Source: an uncultured archaeon
GTDB lineage: Archaea > Asgardarchaeota > Thorarchaeia > Thorarchaeales > Thorarchaeaceae
Assembly: GCA_964590575.1 (NCBI GenBank)
Contig: CAZPWM010000002.1
Coordinates: forward strand, 20,299 to 84,298
Length of the DNA: 64,000 nucleotides
Direction: 5' to 3'
The notes below the pieces were generated by a model. It had not been told where the DNA came from. It saw only the letters and a program-made list of their open reading frames with translations, and did not search any database. A program made the translations under genes and the position numbers. Positions 49,778 to 59,994 of the stretch are shown here, one piece after another. The stretch's first letter is position 1; every line of letters begins with the position of its first letter.

Positions 49778-51020
49778 TTACCTTCTCCTCTTTTCTGCTT
49801 CTCTCAGCGGCAAAGGTCATCAGATGTGTTTCTAGAGTTTCCTCAGGTCCTGAAAGAATCAGACTTGGGTCATTATGCGCAACTGCAGACACGAAGGTAT
49901 CTATGAGAGTATAATCACCACCACCGTGATCTGCGAGGGAATCAGGAATACGCGGGGCATCTATGGTAGTATCAAAAATTTCTGTTTTGCCGCTTAGAAA
50001 CTGGTGGATCTGGATTTTCTCGCTGTTTGCGTATATCTCACCACGACTGCCGAAGATTCGAGTTTCCCTTTGCCTGGCTTTAGTGAACCCAGTCATCGTG
50101 AATGAGGCTGTTTCTCCTCCCTCGAACTCCATATTGACTACTTGATGATCCACGACATCATTGTCGCATTCGTACACACACCGACCGTATGGTCCTGTTC
50201 TAAGCTCATGAATTATTCCTCCCTTTGTCATCTCCGAAGTGATTGTACTCAGAGGCCATTCGGTCCTTCCCTGTTCAAAGAGTTTCAAATAGAATCTCTT
50301 TGCAGAATACGGACATTCCGGTTCATAATCACATTCCAAACAATTACTTCCTGCAGTTTCAGGTTTGTTTTCACTACGAAAATGTGTCAGAGACCCGAAT
50401 GAAGACACAGTCGTGCATTTCTTTCCCATGATGTATCTAATCCAGTCGAGGTCGTGACAGGATTTTGTAAGTAACATAAAGGATGATTCTTTCTCATTTC
50501 TCCAGTTTCCTCTCACAAAGGAGTGTGCCTGATGCCAATATCCAACTGGTTCCAGATGTTGAAGACTTATGACATCTCCAATAATACCCGAATCAAGAAT
50601 CGCTTTGAGTTTCTGAGTGTACCTGGTGTATCTGAGAACATGACCAACAGCGAAGACTATGTTTCGTGAAAGAACGGTTTTTGCGATCTCTCTGCAGCTC
50701 TTTTCATCGGGTGCCATAGGTTTCTCTAACAGAATGTGGTAGTCTTTCTTGGCAAATGCAATTGCAGGGTCTCGATGCATATGATCTTGAGTTGTGATTA
50801 TGACTGCATCTGCGAACTTCTTTTTCTTTGCCATGTCTTTCCAATCAGTGAAAACATTCTCTTCGGGTATATTATAGTCCTTTACCATTTTCTCTCGATA
50901 GAAATCACGTGGTTCTGCAACACCAACGATTTGTGCTCTTTTCGGGTGTTCTTTAGCATAGGAGGCATATACGAAACCTCGATCTCCAGCTCCTGCAATT
51001 ATCAACTCGACTGGTTTCAT
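49767..51020 (-). CDS. Gfo/Idh/MocA-family oxidoreductase
   Basis: GAGDRG, LEKPMA, HSFVRGNWR, KSCHDLD, HGGGD. Confidence 0.9.
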   Translation of the reverse strand: MKPVELIIAGAGDRGFVYASYAKEHPKRAQIVGVAEPRDFYREKMVKDYNIPEENVFTDWKDMAKKKKFADAVIITTQDHMHRDPAIAFAKKDYHILLEKPMAPDEKSCREIAKTVLSRNIVFAVGHVLRYTRYTQKLKAILDSGIIGDVISLQHLEPVGYWHQAHSFVRGNWRNEKESSFMLLTKSCHDLDWIRYIMGKKCTTVSSFGSLTHFRSENKPETAGSNCLECDYEPECPYSAKRFYLKLFEQGRTEWPLSTITSEMTKGGIIHELRTGPYGRCVYECDNDVVDHQVVNMEFEGGETASFTMTGFTKARQRETRIFGSRGEIYANSEKIQIHQFLSGKTEIFDTTIDAPRIPDSLADHGGGDYTLIDTFVSAVAHNDPSLILSGPEETLETHLMTFAAERSRKEEKVIRL

Positions 51021-51162
51021 AGTATTTTCCTACCCAGTGGACATTCTATGGACTGAATGCATGGTCCATTTCAATGTATACCTTAGTCCAATCCGATACA
51101 ACTCTTATTCCTTCCCCAAACTATAAAACAGGATAATTAACTATAGTTTATAGTGATACATC

Positions 51163-51456
51163 ATGACTATTGTGATGCTATACCATACCAAGGTCAAACA
51201 GAATTCTGTTGAGAAGATGGATGAACTCAGAGAGGGTTTCCGCAGGCTGTATGAAGAACATAGTATTGATGTGATTGGTCGATGGAAAAGCGTTGAGATG
51301 CCTCACGAGAGCTATTACATGGTCAAGTATGAGAGTGAAGATGACTATCAGCACAAGACAAGAACGCTCCATGATGATGAACAATACTTGCGTCTAACAT
51401 CTCAGCTTAATGAGATTCGAACAGATTTCAAATCCATAAGACTAGTTCCGCAGTAG
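51163..51456 (+). CDS. NIPSNAP-like dimeric alpha/beta barrel protein
   Basis: Size and pattern (IDVIGRW, YYMVKYES, SIRLVP). Confidence 0.7.
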   Translation: MTIVMLYHTKVKQNSVEKMDELREGFRRLYEEHSIDVIGRWKSVEMPHESYYMVKYESEDDYQHKTRTLHDDEQYLRLTSQLNEIRTDFKSIRLVPQ

Positions 51457-51501
51457 CGGAAAGCGTAGAGTTCTTAATCACTCGTTGATTCACTTTGCCA
51501 T

Positions 51502-52092
51502 GTGGAAGAATTGGGAGATTTCAAGAAAGAGCAAGAATTGAGCCACACCAATACAACCCACTCCAGCAAAGCATCAAGCATTGCAATCTTGATGACACTT
51601 GTGGTGTTCCTCGCACCAATTGCTACGGCTGGGTATATTGCATATGGATCCTCTTTCTATCTCACTATCACTGCATTACTTTGGTCAGTATACATAACTA
51701 ATACAGGAATCAGTTTCCAATTTCCATTTCTATTTGTATACAATCTACTGACTATGTTTCCAATCTTGTTGTTTCGAATTGCCTTGGTATATCAAATAAC
51801 CAGATACTATCAGGGAAAGACAACAAGAGGACGAACAGCTGTAGTTGCGTTCCTTAGTGAATCTCCTCTCTTAGTGTTTTATTTCTTATTTCTAATCACC
51901 GCAATGATGTATGGTGGAGTGGGACTTAATTTCCCCTTGCCTATACTAATGATTCTAGGTCTTCTATTATTATGGAAGTTTCCTGTTCATGAGGCTACCG
52001 TTCCTTGGGAGGAGGAGGATGAACCTACCTACTGGTGGGAGAATGTTTCAGAAGATGAACCTGAACCTGCAGCAGATAATCAACCTTGGTAG
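51502..52092 (+). CDS. Hypothetical multi-TM membrane protein with acidic Trp-rich tail
   Basis: About 5 TM helices; tail PWEEEDEPTYWW...NQPW. Confidence 0.7.
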   Translation: MEELGDFKKEQELSHTNTTHSSKASSIAILMTLVVFLAPIATAGYIAYGSSFYLTITALLWSVYITNTGISFQFPFLFVYNLLTMFPILLFRIALVYQITRYYQGKTTRGRTAVVAFLSESPLLVFYFLFLITAMMYGGVGLNFPLPILMILGLLLLWKFPVHEATVPWEEEDEPTYWWENVSEDEPEPAADNQPW

Positions 52093-52138
52093 TCTTTACA
52101 TGCACAAGTTAAGTTAGACCTAAATGAGGATTTCAATA

Positions 52139-52972
52139 ATGTGTGATCTACTTGGTCTATCATTCAGCACTCCCGTAGCTGCGAAGATATCGCTTGATGT
52201 GTTTCAAAAACGCGGTCAGATGAATCCGGATGGATGGGGCGTAGCGTTCTACAATGATGATCGAATTCAGGTCATTAAAGAGGCAGAACCTGCTATTGAC
52301 AACAGACTCTTTGATTTTATTGAAAAGTATCCACGATCACGGACAATCATTACGCATGTGAGACGGTCTACACGTGGAGGCCGCAGTTATCTCAATACCC
52401 ACCCATTCTATCGATATCTCAAATCCGAGTCATGCAAACGTGAGTATGCTTTTGCTCATAATGGGACATTGCTTCATCATGAACAACTCAAGCTCAAGCA
52501 ATTTCATCCTATTGGAGAAACTGATTCAGAATACGCCTTTTGTTTTCTTCTTGATGCTTTATCAACCCGGCAAATTGATGAGTGGAAGATTGATGATTTT
52601 CAATTCATCGAAGAATTACTTCGAAGCATTAATGATGGCAAGAACACTCTAAATTGCATATTTTCAGATGGTGAGCACTTATTCTGTTATTCAGATGAGA
52701 ATGACCACAACAATGGACTCCGCTATGTCAAACAAACACATCCCTATGGAATGGTTGAGCTAGTAAGCTCAGATGAAAAATTAGGACATATCAATATCCA
52801 TACTGACTCTAAAAAACCATCTCAAACTGGATATATCATTTCCACGAGGATTTTGACGAATGAGAGGTGGACTGAGTTCGGTGGAGGAGAGCTAATTGTG
52901 TTCAGACATGGCAAAATCATATATCCAAATGAGCGAGTCCGAGCAATATCTTATCAAGATGATAAACGTTGA
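52139..52972 (+). CDS. Class II glutamine amidotransferase-like (YafJ/EgtC family)
   Basis: MCDLLG (N-terminal Cys), NPDGWG, NTHPF, FAHNG, GETDSE. Confidence 0.9.
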   Translation: MCDLLGLSFSTPVAAKISLDVFQKRGQMNPDGWGVAFYNDDRIQVIKEAEPAIDNRLFDFIEKYPRSRTIITHVRRSTRGGRSYLNTHPFYRYLKSESCKREYAFAHNGTLLHHEQLKLKQFHPIGETDSEYAFCFLLDALSTRQIDEWKIDDFQFIEELLRSINDGKNTLNCIFSDGEHLFCYSDENDHNNGLRYVKQTHPYGMVELVSSDEKLGHINIHTDSKKPSQTGYIISTRILTNERWTEFGGGELIVFRHGKIIYPNERVRAISYQDDKR

Positions 52973-53391
52973 AGAGTTGCTTCATTTGCCTCCGCAAGTA
53001 ACTCAAACAAATAAGCAACTTCGCTCAAGAAGTCTATCTTGACCGCTGCTTGATTGTAAAACTCATTAAGATTCTTCTCAATTATCACTGCTACCCTTTT
53101 TACAGTGTTATCATCACTGCCTTCGGAACTTGTTGTTTCTGGTTTGTATGTTTCAGAATTAAGGCCAATAATAGGTTCAAGAATCATCTCAGTCACGTTT
53201 TCTCTGCGAATACGTTCTAACGTTTTGATGCGTTTCTGTCCTCTACTAAACAACTCGCCAAACAAGCCTGAGAGATTTTGGTCTCTAGCGTTCTGACTTG
53301 CAGATTCGTAGAAACTTAATACTTCATTCTCAATTTCGAGTGCAAACTTCATTATCGCGCCGAAGGTTCCAAGTTCCATCTTGTCGTTCAC
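52954..53391 (-). CDS. Ferritin/rubrerythrin-like four-helix protein, degenerate ligands
   Basis: FALEIE..FYE, RRENVTEMILEPI, IE...FY. Confidence 0.7.
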   Translation of the reverse strand: MNDKMELGTFGAIMKFALEIENEVLSFYESASQNARDQNLSGLFGELFSRGQKRIKTLERIRRENVTEMILEPIIGLNSETYKPETTSSEGSDDNTVKRVAVIIEKNLNEFYNQAAVKIDFLSEVAYLFELLAEANEATLQRLSS

Positions 53392-53398
53392 ACCTCAA

Positions 53399-54880
53399 TC
53401 AGAACCATCGAGTGACCACGACCTTGTTCTCTGTGAAGAAACTCACAGCATCTTGACCTTGCCCATGAAGGTCTCCCAAGAATGAGTCCTTCATTCCTGA
53501 GAACGGAAACGTTGCTATTGGTGCAACAACTCCAATATTGATACCGATATTTCCTGCCTTAACCCTGTATTGATAGTCCCTCGCAGTCTTTCCACTCGAT
53601 GTGAAGACAGATGATGCGTTTCCATATGGATTTGCATGGATAATATCTATGGCTTCATCAAGATCCTTTACATGAATTATTGGGATAACCGGTCCAAAGA
53701 TTTCCTCGCGTGCAATTGCCATCTCTGGTTTGACTTTGTCGAAGATAGTTGGCCCAATGAAATATCCTCCTGGATACCCTGGAACCTCAACTCCGCGACC
53801 ATCGAGTATTAGTTCTGCACCCTCCTTGACCCCCTTCTCAATATAACCAAGAACATTCTCCATTCCTCTCTTCGAAGCCAATGGACCCATTTGTATCCCT
53901 TCTTCGAGACCATTACCAACACTATATTGCTTGGCTGCCTCGACCACAGCCTCCTTGAGAGGTTTGTAGATATCGCCAACTGCCAGAAGCACACCCCCTG
54001 CTAAACAACGTTGCCCTGCACAACCATAAAACGAGGTGATAAGTGCAGGAACGGTCCGTTCTAAATCAGCGTCTGGCATCACAGTGAGAAAGTTCTTCGC
54101 GCCCATTTGAACCTGAGCTCGTTTACCGAACTCTCCTGTCTTCTTGTAGAGGAGCTTTCCTACTGGAGAAGAACCGACGAAAGACAAACCCACCGTATCA
54201 GGGCTTTCTATGAGTGTATTGACCGCCTCAGGTCCGCCATGGACCATGTTCAGTACACCCCTTGGTAATCCAAGCTCATGAATTATCTCAAACTGCTTGA
54301 CTTGACTCAAGGGTACCTGTTCTGATGGCTTCACGATGTATGTGTTTCCAACACCTATCGCGAAAGGCCAGAACCAAGTCGGAACCATTCCCGGGAAGTT
54401 GAACGGTGCTACGCAAAAGAAGACACCAAGGGGTTGTTTAATGACCATCTCATCGATTCCTGCGGATATATCCTCCGTGTTGTAACCCATCTGGAGAGAC
54501 GGAACGCTAGTAGCGCATTCCAGGTTCTCAATTGTACGACGATATTCGCCTCTGGCTTCATCAATAGCTTTTCCCTGCTCCATCGTGAGAATTTTTGAGA
54601 GTTCCTCGAAATTCTCTTCGAATGCATCTCGTATTCGGTTAAGATGTCTCACGCGTGTGAAGACAGGAGTTGCTCGCCACCGATCGAACGCAGCTTTTGC
54701 AGCTGCAATTGCCACAAGGGTCTCTTCTCTCGTACTCATGGGGGTCTTGGCTATCAGCTCACCAGTGGCTGGATTGAAAACATCTCGTGTCTCCTTAGCC
54801 TTAGACTCTACCCATTTTCCATTGATGTAGTTCTTTACAACTTCTACTGTCAAGATGGTCACTTCCAGTTCGGAACTCAA
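53399..54880 (-). CDS. mmsA: CoA-acylating (methyl)malonate-semialdehyde dehydrogenase
   Basis: PFNFP, KPSEQVP, FVGS, GAKN, GCAGQRC, EEIFGP. Confidence 0.92.
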   Translation of the reverse strand: MSSELEVTILTVEVVKNYINGKWVESKAKETRDVFNPATGELIAKTPMSTREETLVAIAAAKAAFDRWRATPVFTRVRHLNRIRDAFEENFEELSKILTMEQGKAIDEARGEYRRTIENLECATSVPSLQMGYNTEDISAGIDEMVIKQPLGVFFCVAPFNFPGMVPTWFWPFAIGVGNTYIVKPSEQVPLSQVKQFEIIHELGLPRGVLNMVHGGPEAVNTLIESPDTVGLSFVGSSPVGKLLYKKTGEFGKRAQVQMGAKNFLTVMPDADLERTVPALITSFYGCAGQRCLAGGVLLAVGDIYKPLKEAVVEAAKQYSVGNGLEEGIQMGPLASKRGMENVLGYIEKGVKEGAELILDGRGVEVPGYPGGYFIGPTIFDKVKPEMAIAREEIFGPVIPIIHVKDLDEAIDIIHANPYGNASSVFTSSGKTARDYQYRVKAGNIGINIGVVAPIATFPFSGMKDSFLGDLHGQGQDAVSFFTENKVVVTRWF

Positions 54881-54916
54881 TAGACGCTTCGATGTCTATT
54901 TGATTCTTGCGTACTG

Positions 54917-56131
54917 TCAATTTGTATGGACAAACTCAATTGCATCATCTCTGCATACTACATAGCAGAGTCCACATCCATCACACTTCTCGGGATTGAT
55001 AACGGCTACTTTATCCCTCATCTGAATGGCTGCATAACCGCCATCTGCACAGGCAATGACACAGTCCTTGCATCCTGTGCAATTATTATCAATAACACGA
55101 GCCACAATCGGAGGAAGCTTACTTAGAGCAGTCCATGTAGTGATCTTAGGTAATGCTTTCCCGACCATAGAATCGAGTGTTGAATACTCTTTTCGCTCCA
55201 TGAATTTAACAAGTCCTTCTTTTAGACCTTTGATTATAGAGAATCCATGCCACATTACTGCTGTACAGATCTGAACAGTTCTTGCCCCCACCATAAGATA
55301 TTCTGTTGCACTGGTCCAATCCTCAATTCCTCCAATACCTGAAATCGGAATATCTGGGAATGCTCTCGCAATTTGTGATACAAAACGAAGTCCAAGTGGC
55401 TTAACCGCTGGTCCGCAGAATCCGCCATATGTGCTTAGTTGTTCTTTCTTGTCCACACCGTATGCAATAGGAAATGGAGTCGCTGTTTCGATATTAATTC
55501 CAATTAAAGACTCTACAGTATTTATCGCAGAGAGACCATCAGCTCCACCTCTAATAGCCGCCTCAGCAATAGGCACAATGTCCGTTACGTTAGGGGTTAG
55601 TTTCACTATTACTGGGAGATCAGTCCCTTTTTTGGCAGCCTTTGTCACGCGTTCTACCAATATTGGGTCTTGACCAATGAATGCGCCCATGTGCTTTTCT
55701 GGAGACCCGTGAGGACAAGAAACATTCAGCTCAATCGCATCTGCTCCTGTCTGAGACATGGTTTCAGCAAGTGCAGTCCATCCTTCTGGTTCAGGACCGC
55801 TCATCATGCTGGCAATAAAGATGAAGTCGTCTGAAGCTTCATGTTTTATCTTTGGGATCCACTCTTCAGTCCATATCTTCAGGGGCTCACGAGACAAGAG
55901 TTCTATATTATTCATTCCAATAGCCCTTCCATTTTTACGGAGAACTCCTAATCGTGTTCGTGGATCAACCGTAGGTTCATCTGTTACAGTTTTCATCACC
56001 GCTCCACCCCATCCAAGCTTTGCAGCTCGAAGAATATGACGAGGACTCATTGTTGGAGGTGCAGAAGATAATAGGAATGGATTCTTGAAAGTAATTCCCG
56101 CGAACTCGATTTCTAGTGGGTTTGAGACCAT
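54917..56131 (-). CDS. preA: Dihydropyrimidine dehydrogenase subunit PreA
   Basis: NPFLLSSAPPT, NNIEL, ELNVSCPHG, KLTPN, GPAVKP, two C-terminal 4Fe-4S motifs. Confidence 0.92.
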   Translation of the reverse strand: MVSNPLEIEFAGITFKNPFLLSSAPPTMSPRHILRAAKLGWGGAVMKTVTDEPTVDPRTRLGVLRKNGRAIGMNNIELLSREPLKIWTEEWIPKIKHEASDDFIFIASMMSGPEPEGWTALAETMSQTGADAIELNVSCPHGSPEKHMGAFIGQDPILVERVTKAAKKGTDLPVIVKLTPNVTDIVPIAEAAIRGGADGLSAINTVESLIGINIETATPFPIAYGVDKKEQLSTYGGFCGPAVKPLGLRFVSQIARAFPDIPISGIGGIEDWTSATEYLMVGARTVQICTAVMWHGFSIIKGLKEGLVKFMERKEYSTLDSMVGKALPKITTWTALSKLPPIVARVIDNNCTGCKDCVIACADGGYAAIQMRDKVAVINPEKCDGCGLCYVVCRDDAIEFVHTN

Positions 56132-56170
56132 GTTTCAATTTTCCTCCAGTTCCAAGTTAGTAATACTACG

Positions 56171-56190
56171 TCCCTAAAGGCCTTTAGGGA
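56171..56190. promoter_or_regulatory. Perfect 20-bp palindrome TCCCTAAAGGCCTTTAGGGA in the divergent preA/aminotransferase promoter
   Basis: Exact dyad near the centre of a 91-bp intergenic region. Confidence 0.6.
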
Positions 56191-56222
56191 GTTGTTACTT
56201 TGCACTGAGCGCGTTTACAGAA

Positions 56223-57572
56223 GTGGTGAATAGAGTGAAAGATGAACTAGTGCCAAAGGACCTTACAAGGAAATACTCACAGAAGGAAATTCTAGAGATT
56301 GAGAAGAAATACCTAGCCCCTGCTGTTGGCCACTATTACGAGGACCCAGTTCTATTTGTTGATGGTGAAGGTGCCGTATTGAGAGACTCTGCAGGGAAAG
56401 AATACATTGACTTGTTTGCTGGAATCTGCACGACGATAACGGGTTACAACCATCCAAAATACGTATCAACCATCCAATGGCAAGCAGAGCATCTTGTGTA
56501 TACTAGTTCTCTATACTCAACAATTCCGTATGCTGTGTTAGTCAAACGGCTTGCCGAGATTGCTCCTAAGGGTCTTTCCAGTTCGTTTATTGTCAATAGT
56601 GGTTCTGAGGCAAACGAGGCCGCACTTGCCATGGTACGCAAGCACACAGGGAATCCGTACATTGTAGCCTGTCAACGGGCTTATCATGGTCGAACAACAC
56701 TCACTCGCGAGCTTTCTAGCGCAGGGTGGCGTACATATCCAGAGGCTCACCCTTCTGGTGTCCGATTTACACCCTATGGTTATTGCTATCGTTGTCCCTT
56801 TGGCAAGGAGCATCCAGGATGTGGCATGGAGTGCGCACACTATCTGAGAGAGGTGATACGCACACAGACAAACAAAGCAATAGCGGCATTCATTGCTGAA
56901 CCGATCCAAGGAGTAGGTGGTATTGTCCAACCACCAGCTGAATATTTCCAGATTGTGAATGAAATTGTGAAGGAGTATAATGGTATCTACATCTCTGATG
57001 AGGTACAAACTGGTTTTGGTCGAACAGGTGAAAAGTGGTGGGGAATCCAACACACCGGTGTCGAACCTGACATAATAACACTGGCAAAGGGATTTGGAAA
57101 TGGTATTCCTATTGGTGGATTCATATCTCGTCCAGAAATTGCATCTGGCTACACGGTTACTGACGCATTTGCAACTTTTGGGGGAAATCCTCTCTCATGC
57201 GCGGCCGCTGTTGCCGTAATTGAAATCATCAAGGAAGAGAAGTACTTGGAAAAGGCTGCAAAGCTAGGTAAACTCCTGAAGAAAAACATGGAGGACCTTA
57301 AGGTGGACCACAAGATAATCGGTGACGTTCGTGGTCAGGGCATGATGTTAGGTATAGAGCTAGTCCGAGATCAAGCATCAAAGGAACCTGCTACTCAGGA
57401 ACTACTAACAATCATGGAGGTCTGTAGAATGAAGGGACTACTCATAGGTAAGGGTGGACTAGATAACAATGTGATTCGACTTCAACCTCCGCTGGAACTC
57501 ACCGGGGAGCAGATTGACCAAGCATATGTAATCCTGGGTGAAGCCTTCTCTAAGGTCGAAAAGAGCCTGTAA
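56223..57572 (+). CDS. Class III PLP aminotransferase (beta-alanine/AGXT2-like)
   Basis: NSGSEANE, AEPIQGVGG, DEVQTGFGRTG, TLAKG, TFGGNP; pathway context. Confidence 0.9.
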   Translation: MVNRVKDELVPKDLTRKYSQKEILEIEKKYLAPAVGHYYEDPVLFVDGEGAVLRDSAGKEYIDLFAGICTTITGYNHPKYVSTIQWQAEHLVYTSSLYSTIPYAVLVKRLAEIAPKGLSSSFIVNSGSEANEAALAMVRKHTGNPYIVACQRAYHGRTTLTRELSSAGWRTYPEAHPSGVRFTPYGYCYRCPFGKEHPGCGMECAHYLREVIRTQTNKAIAAFIAEPIQGVGGIVQPPAEYFQIVNEIVKEYNGIYISDEVQTGFGRTGEKWWGIQHTGVEPDIITLAKGFGNGIPIGGFISRPEIASGYTVTDAFATFGGNPLSCAAAVAVIEIIKEEKYLEKAAKLGKLLKKNMEDLKVDHKIIGDVRGQGMMLGIELVRDQASKEPATQELLTIMEVCRMKGLLIGKGGLDNNVIRLQPPLELTGEQIDQAYVILGEAFSKVEKSL

Positions 57573-57580
57573 GACCTAAA

Positions 57581-58465
57581 TCACAGTTTCGTGAGATCCC
57601 CGTAGCTTTCTGGTCTACGATCTCTGAAGAACTGCCATGTGTTACGGACCTCTCGAATCATATCGAGGTCAATATCTGCTACAATAAGCTCCTCTTTATC
57701 ACGAGAGCCTTTAACGACCATTTGCCCTCTAGGATCTGCGATGTACGAGCTGCCATAGAAAGTCCCAGTTTTCCAAGGTTCCTCACCTACTCGATTTATG
57801 GCAGCTATGAAGTATCCATTTGCTACAGCGTGTGCTGGTTGTTCTATACTCCACAAATGCTCAGAGAGACCTGCTACAGTAGCTGATGGGTTGAAGACGA
57901 TTTCCGCCCCATTGAGTCCTAGTGCACGAGCTCCTTCTGGAAAATGACGGTCGTAACAGATATAGACACCAATCTTTGCGATTGATGTGTTGAAGACTGG
58001 GTATCCAAGGTTTCCAGGTCGAAAATAGAATTTCTCCCAGAATCCGGGATCCAAGTGCGGGATGTGCATTTTCCTCATTTTTCCCAGAAGACTTCCATCC
58101 GAGTCAATGACGATTGCTGTGTTGTAATAAACACCTACTGACTCCTCCTCATACATTGGGGCAATCAGTACAAGGTGGTTGTCCTTGGCTAGTTTTTGCA
58201 TTCGTTTACTCAGGGGACCGGGAATTGGTTCAGCATATTTGTACCACCTTCGGTCTTGCTCTGCACAGAAATAGGGTCCATAAAATAACTCCTGAAAACA
58301 GAGGATCTGAACATCCTGCTGTTTTGCGATGGTGGCAAAACCTTCGTGTTTTCGAATCATCTTCTCGATATTTTTCTCTATAGATGTTTCATCTGAAACG
58401 TCGCCTTCCCAAGTAGCTTGAACCAAACCTATTCGGACATTTCTCAATGCTATCACTCCACTCAC
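57581..58465 (-). CDS. Beta-ureidopropionase (nitrilase fold)
   Basis: FQELFYGPYFC, RKMHIP, FWEKFYF, ICYDRHFPEG, RDRRP. Confidence 0.9.
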   Translation of the reverse strand: MSGVIALRNVRIGLVQATWEGDVSDETSIEKNIEKMIRKHEGFATIAKQQDVQILCFQELFYGPYFCAEQDRRWYKYAEPIPGPLSKRMQKLAKDNHLVLIAPMYEEESVGVYYNTAIVIDSDGSLLGKMRKMHIPHLDPGFWEKFYFRPGNLGYPVFNTSIAKIGVYICYDRHFPEGARALGLNGAEIVFNPSATVAGLSEHLWSIEQPAHAVANGYFIAAINRVGEEPWKTGTFYGSSYIADPRGQMVVKGSRDKEELIVADIDLDMIREVRNTWQFFRDRRPESYGDLTKL

Positions 58466-58519
58466 GTTAGAGATTGAACTGTCATTGTTTCATCTAATAG
58501 GCATTTCCCAAACCGATTT

Positions 58520-59947
58520 ATGGTTAGTTTTTCACTGTTTAATGGAGGACTTTTCATGTCCGAGTTAGATCTCATTATTAAAAACGGAAGTGTCGTGACT
58601 GCAGCTGACACCTACAAGGCTGATGTTGGAGTCAAAGATGGAAAAATAACAAATCTTGGGTCGGACCTGAATCCTGGGTCTAGCACACAAGTTGTGGATG
58701 CAAAAGGGAAGTACGTCTTTCCCGGAGGTATCGATGTTCATGTTCATCTTCAGCTCCCCTTTTCAGGGACAATCTCAGCTGATGATTTCGAGAATGGAAC
58801 TAAGGCTGCAGCATGTGGTGGAGTTACCACTGTACTTGATTTTGCCATTCAGACTAAAGGGCATCCAATCATGGAGGCTGTGGAGGCTCGGAGGGCTGAG
58901 GCTGACCCGAATGTGTGCATTGACTATGGTCTACATGCAGCCATAACAGACTGGAATCCTCAGACGCAGAACGAGATCAAGAAAATCATAGACTACGGGA
59001 TTCCCACATTCAAGATGTTTATGATCTACAAGAATGAAGGATGGATGGCTGATGATGGCATGCTCTTCAGCGCTCTTGAAGAAACCGCCAAGTTTGGAGG
59101 TCATATTGGCGTACATGCAGAGAGCGTTGATGTATTGGACCTGCTCATCGAAAGGTACGCGCAAGAGAAGGAGAAATGGGGTGCGTATGGCCATACTCTT
59201 TCGAGACCCTGCTTCACAGAGGAAGAGGCAATCATCCGGGCAATCAAATGGGCTGAGGTCACGGGTGGACAACTGTACATCGTACATATGTCAACAGGCG
59301 AGGGTGCAGATGCTGTTCATATAGCTAGGAAGAAAGGTGTGAATGTCTACGCTGAAACATGTCCGCAGTATCTGTTACTGGATGACGAGGTGTTTAAGGG
59401 TGAAAATGGTCACCTCTACGCCACCTGTCCTCAGGTCAAAAAGCCTCATGACAGCGAACGTCTATGGAAGGGACTTGCGAATGGAGATGTACAAATCATC
59501 GCGACTGATACTTGTACGTTTGATACAAAGCAGAAAGCGGCATGGAACGGGGACTTCAGGAAGATTCCATTCGGAATGCCTGGTGTCGAAACCATGGTGC
59601 CTCTGATGTATACGGAAGGAGTCGGAAAGCGTGGTTTTACAGTGAACCATTTAGTATCTCTTGTTAGTACCAATCCTGCAAAGCTCTTCGGCATGTATCC
59701 TGAGAAAGGAACAATCGCAATTGGTAGTGATGCGGATTTAGTTGTCTTTGATCCCAAAAAGGAAGTGACAATCAAGGCTGAGAATCTTCAGACAAACTGT
59801 GATTGGAGTCCATTTGAAGGGTGGAAACTTGTAGGGTATCCTGCCAAAACCATCTCTAGAGGGAAAATTGTTGCTGAGGATGGGAAATTCATTGGCGAGG
59901 TCGGTCATGGACGGTTCTTGAAACGGAAACCATATGGGAAACTCTGA
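58520..59947 (+). CDS. hydA: Dihydropyrimidinase (likely start ATG 58556)
   Basis: PGGIDVHVH, GGVTT, VHAE, YIVHMS, ETCPQYL, NPAKLFG. Confidence 0.93.
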   Translation: MVSFSLFNGGLFMSELDLIIKNGSVVTAADTYKADVGVKDGKITNLGSDLNPGSSTQVVDAKGKYVFPGGIDVHVHLQLPFSGTISADDFENGTKAAACGGVTTVLDFAIQTKGHPIMEAVEARRAEADPNVCIDYGLHAAITDWNPQTQNEIKKIIDYGIPTFKMFMIYKNEGWMADDGMLFSALEETAKFGGHIGVHAESVDVLDLLIERYAQEKEKWGAYGHTLSRPCFTEEEAIIRAIKWAEVTGGQLYIVHMSTGEGADAVHIARKKGVNVYAETCPQYLLLDDEVFKGENGHLYATCPQVKKPHDSERLWKGLANGDVQIIATDTCTFDTKQKAAWNGDFRKIPFGMPGVETMVPLMYTEGVGKRGFTVNHLVSLVSTNPAKLFGMYPEKGTIAIGSDADLVVFDPKKEVTIKAENLQTNCDWSPFEGWKLVGYPAKTISRGKIVAEDGKFIGEVGHGRFLKRKPYGKL

Positions 59948-59994
59948 ACAACCATCTCGTCAACCTCATAAGCCATTGTCAGTAATCATGTTCT

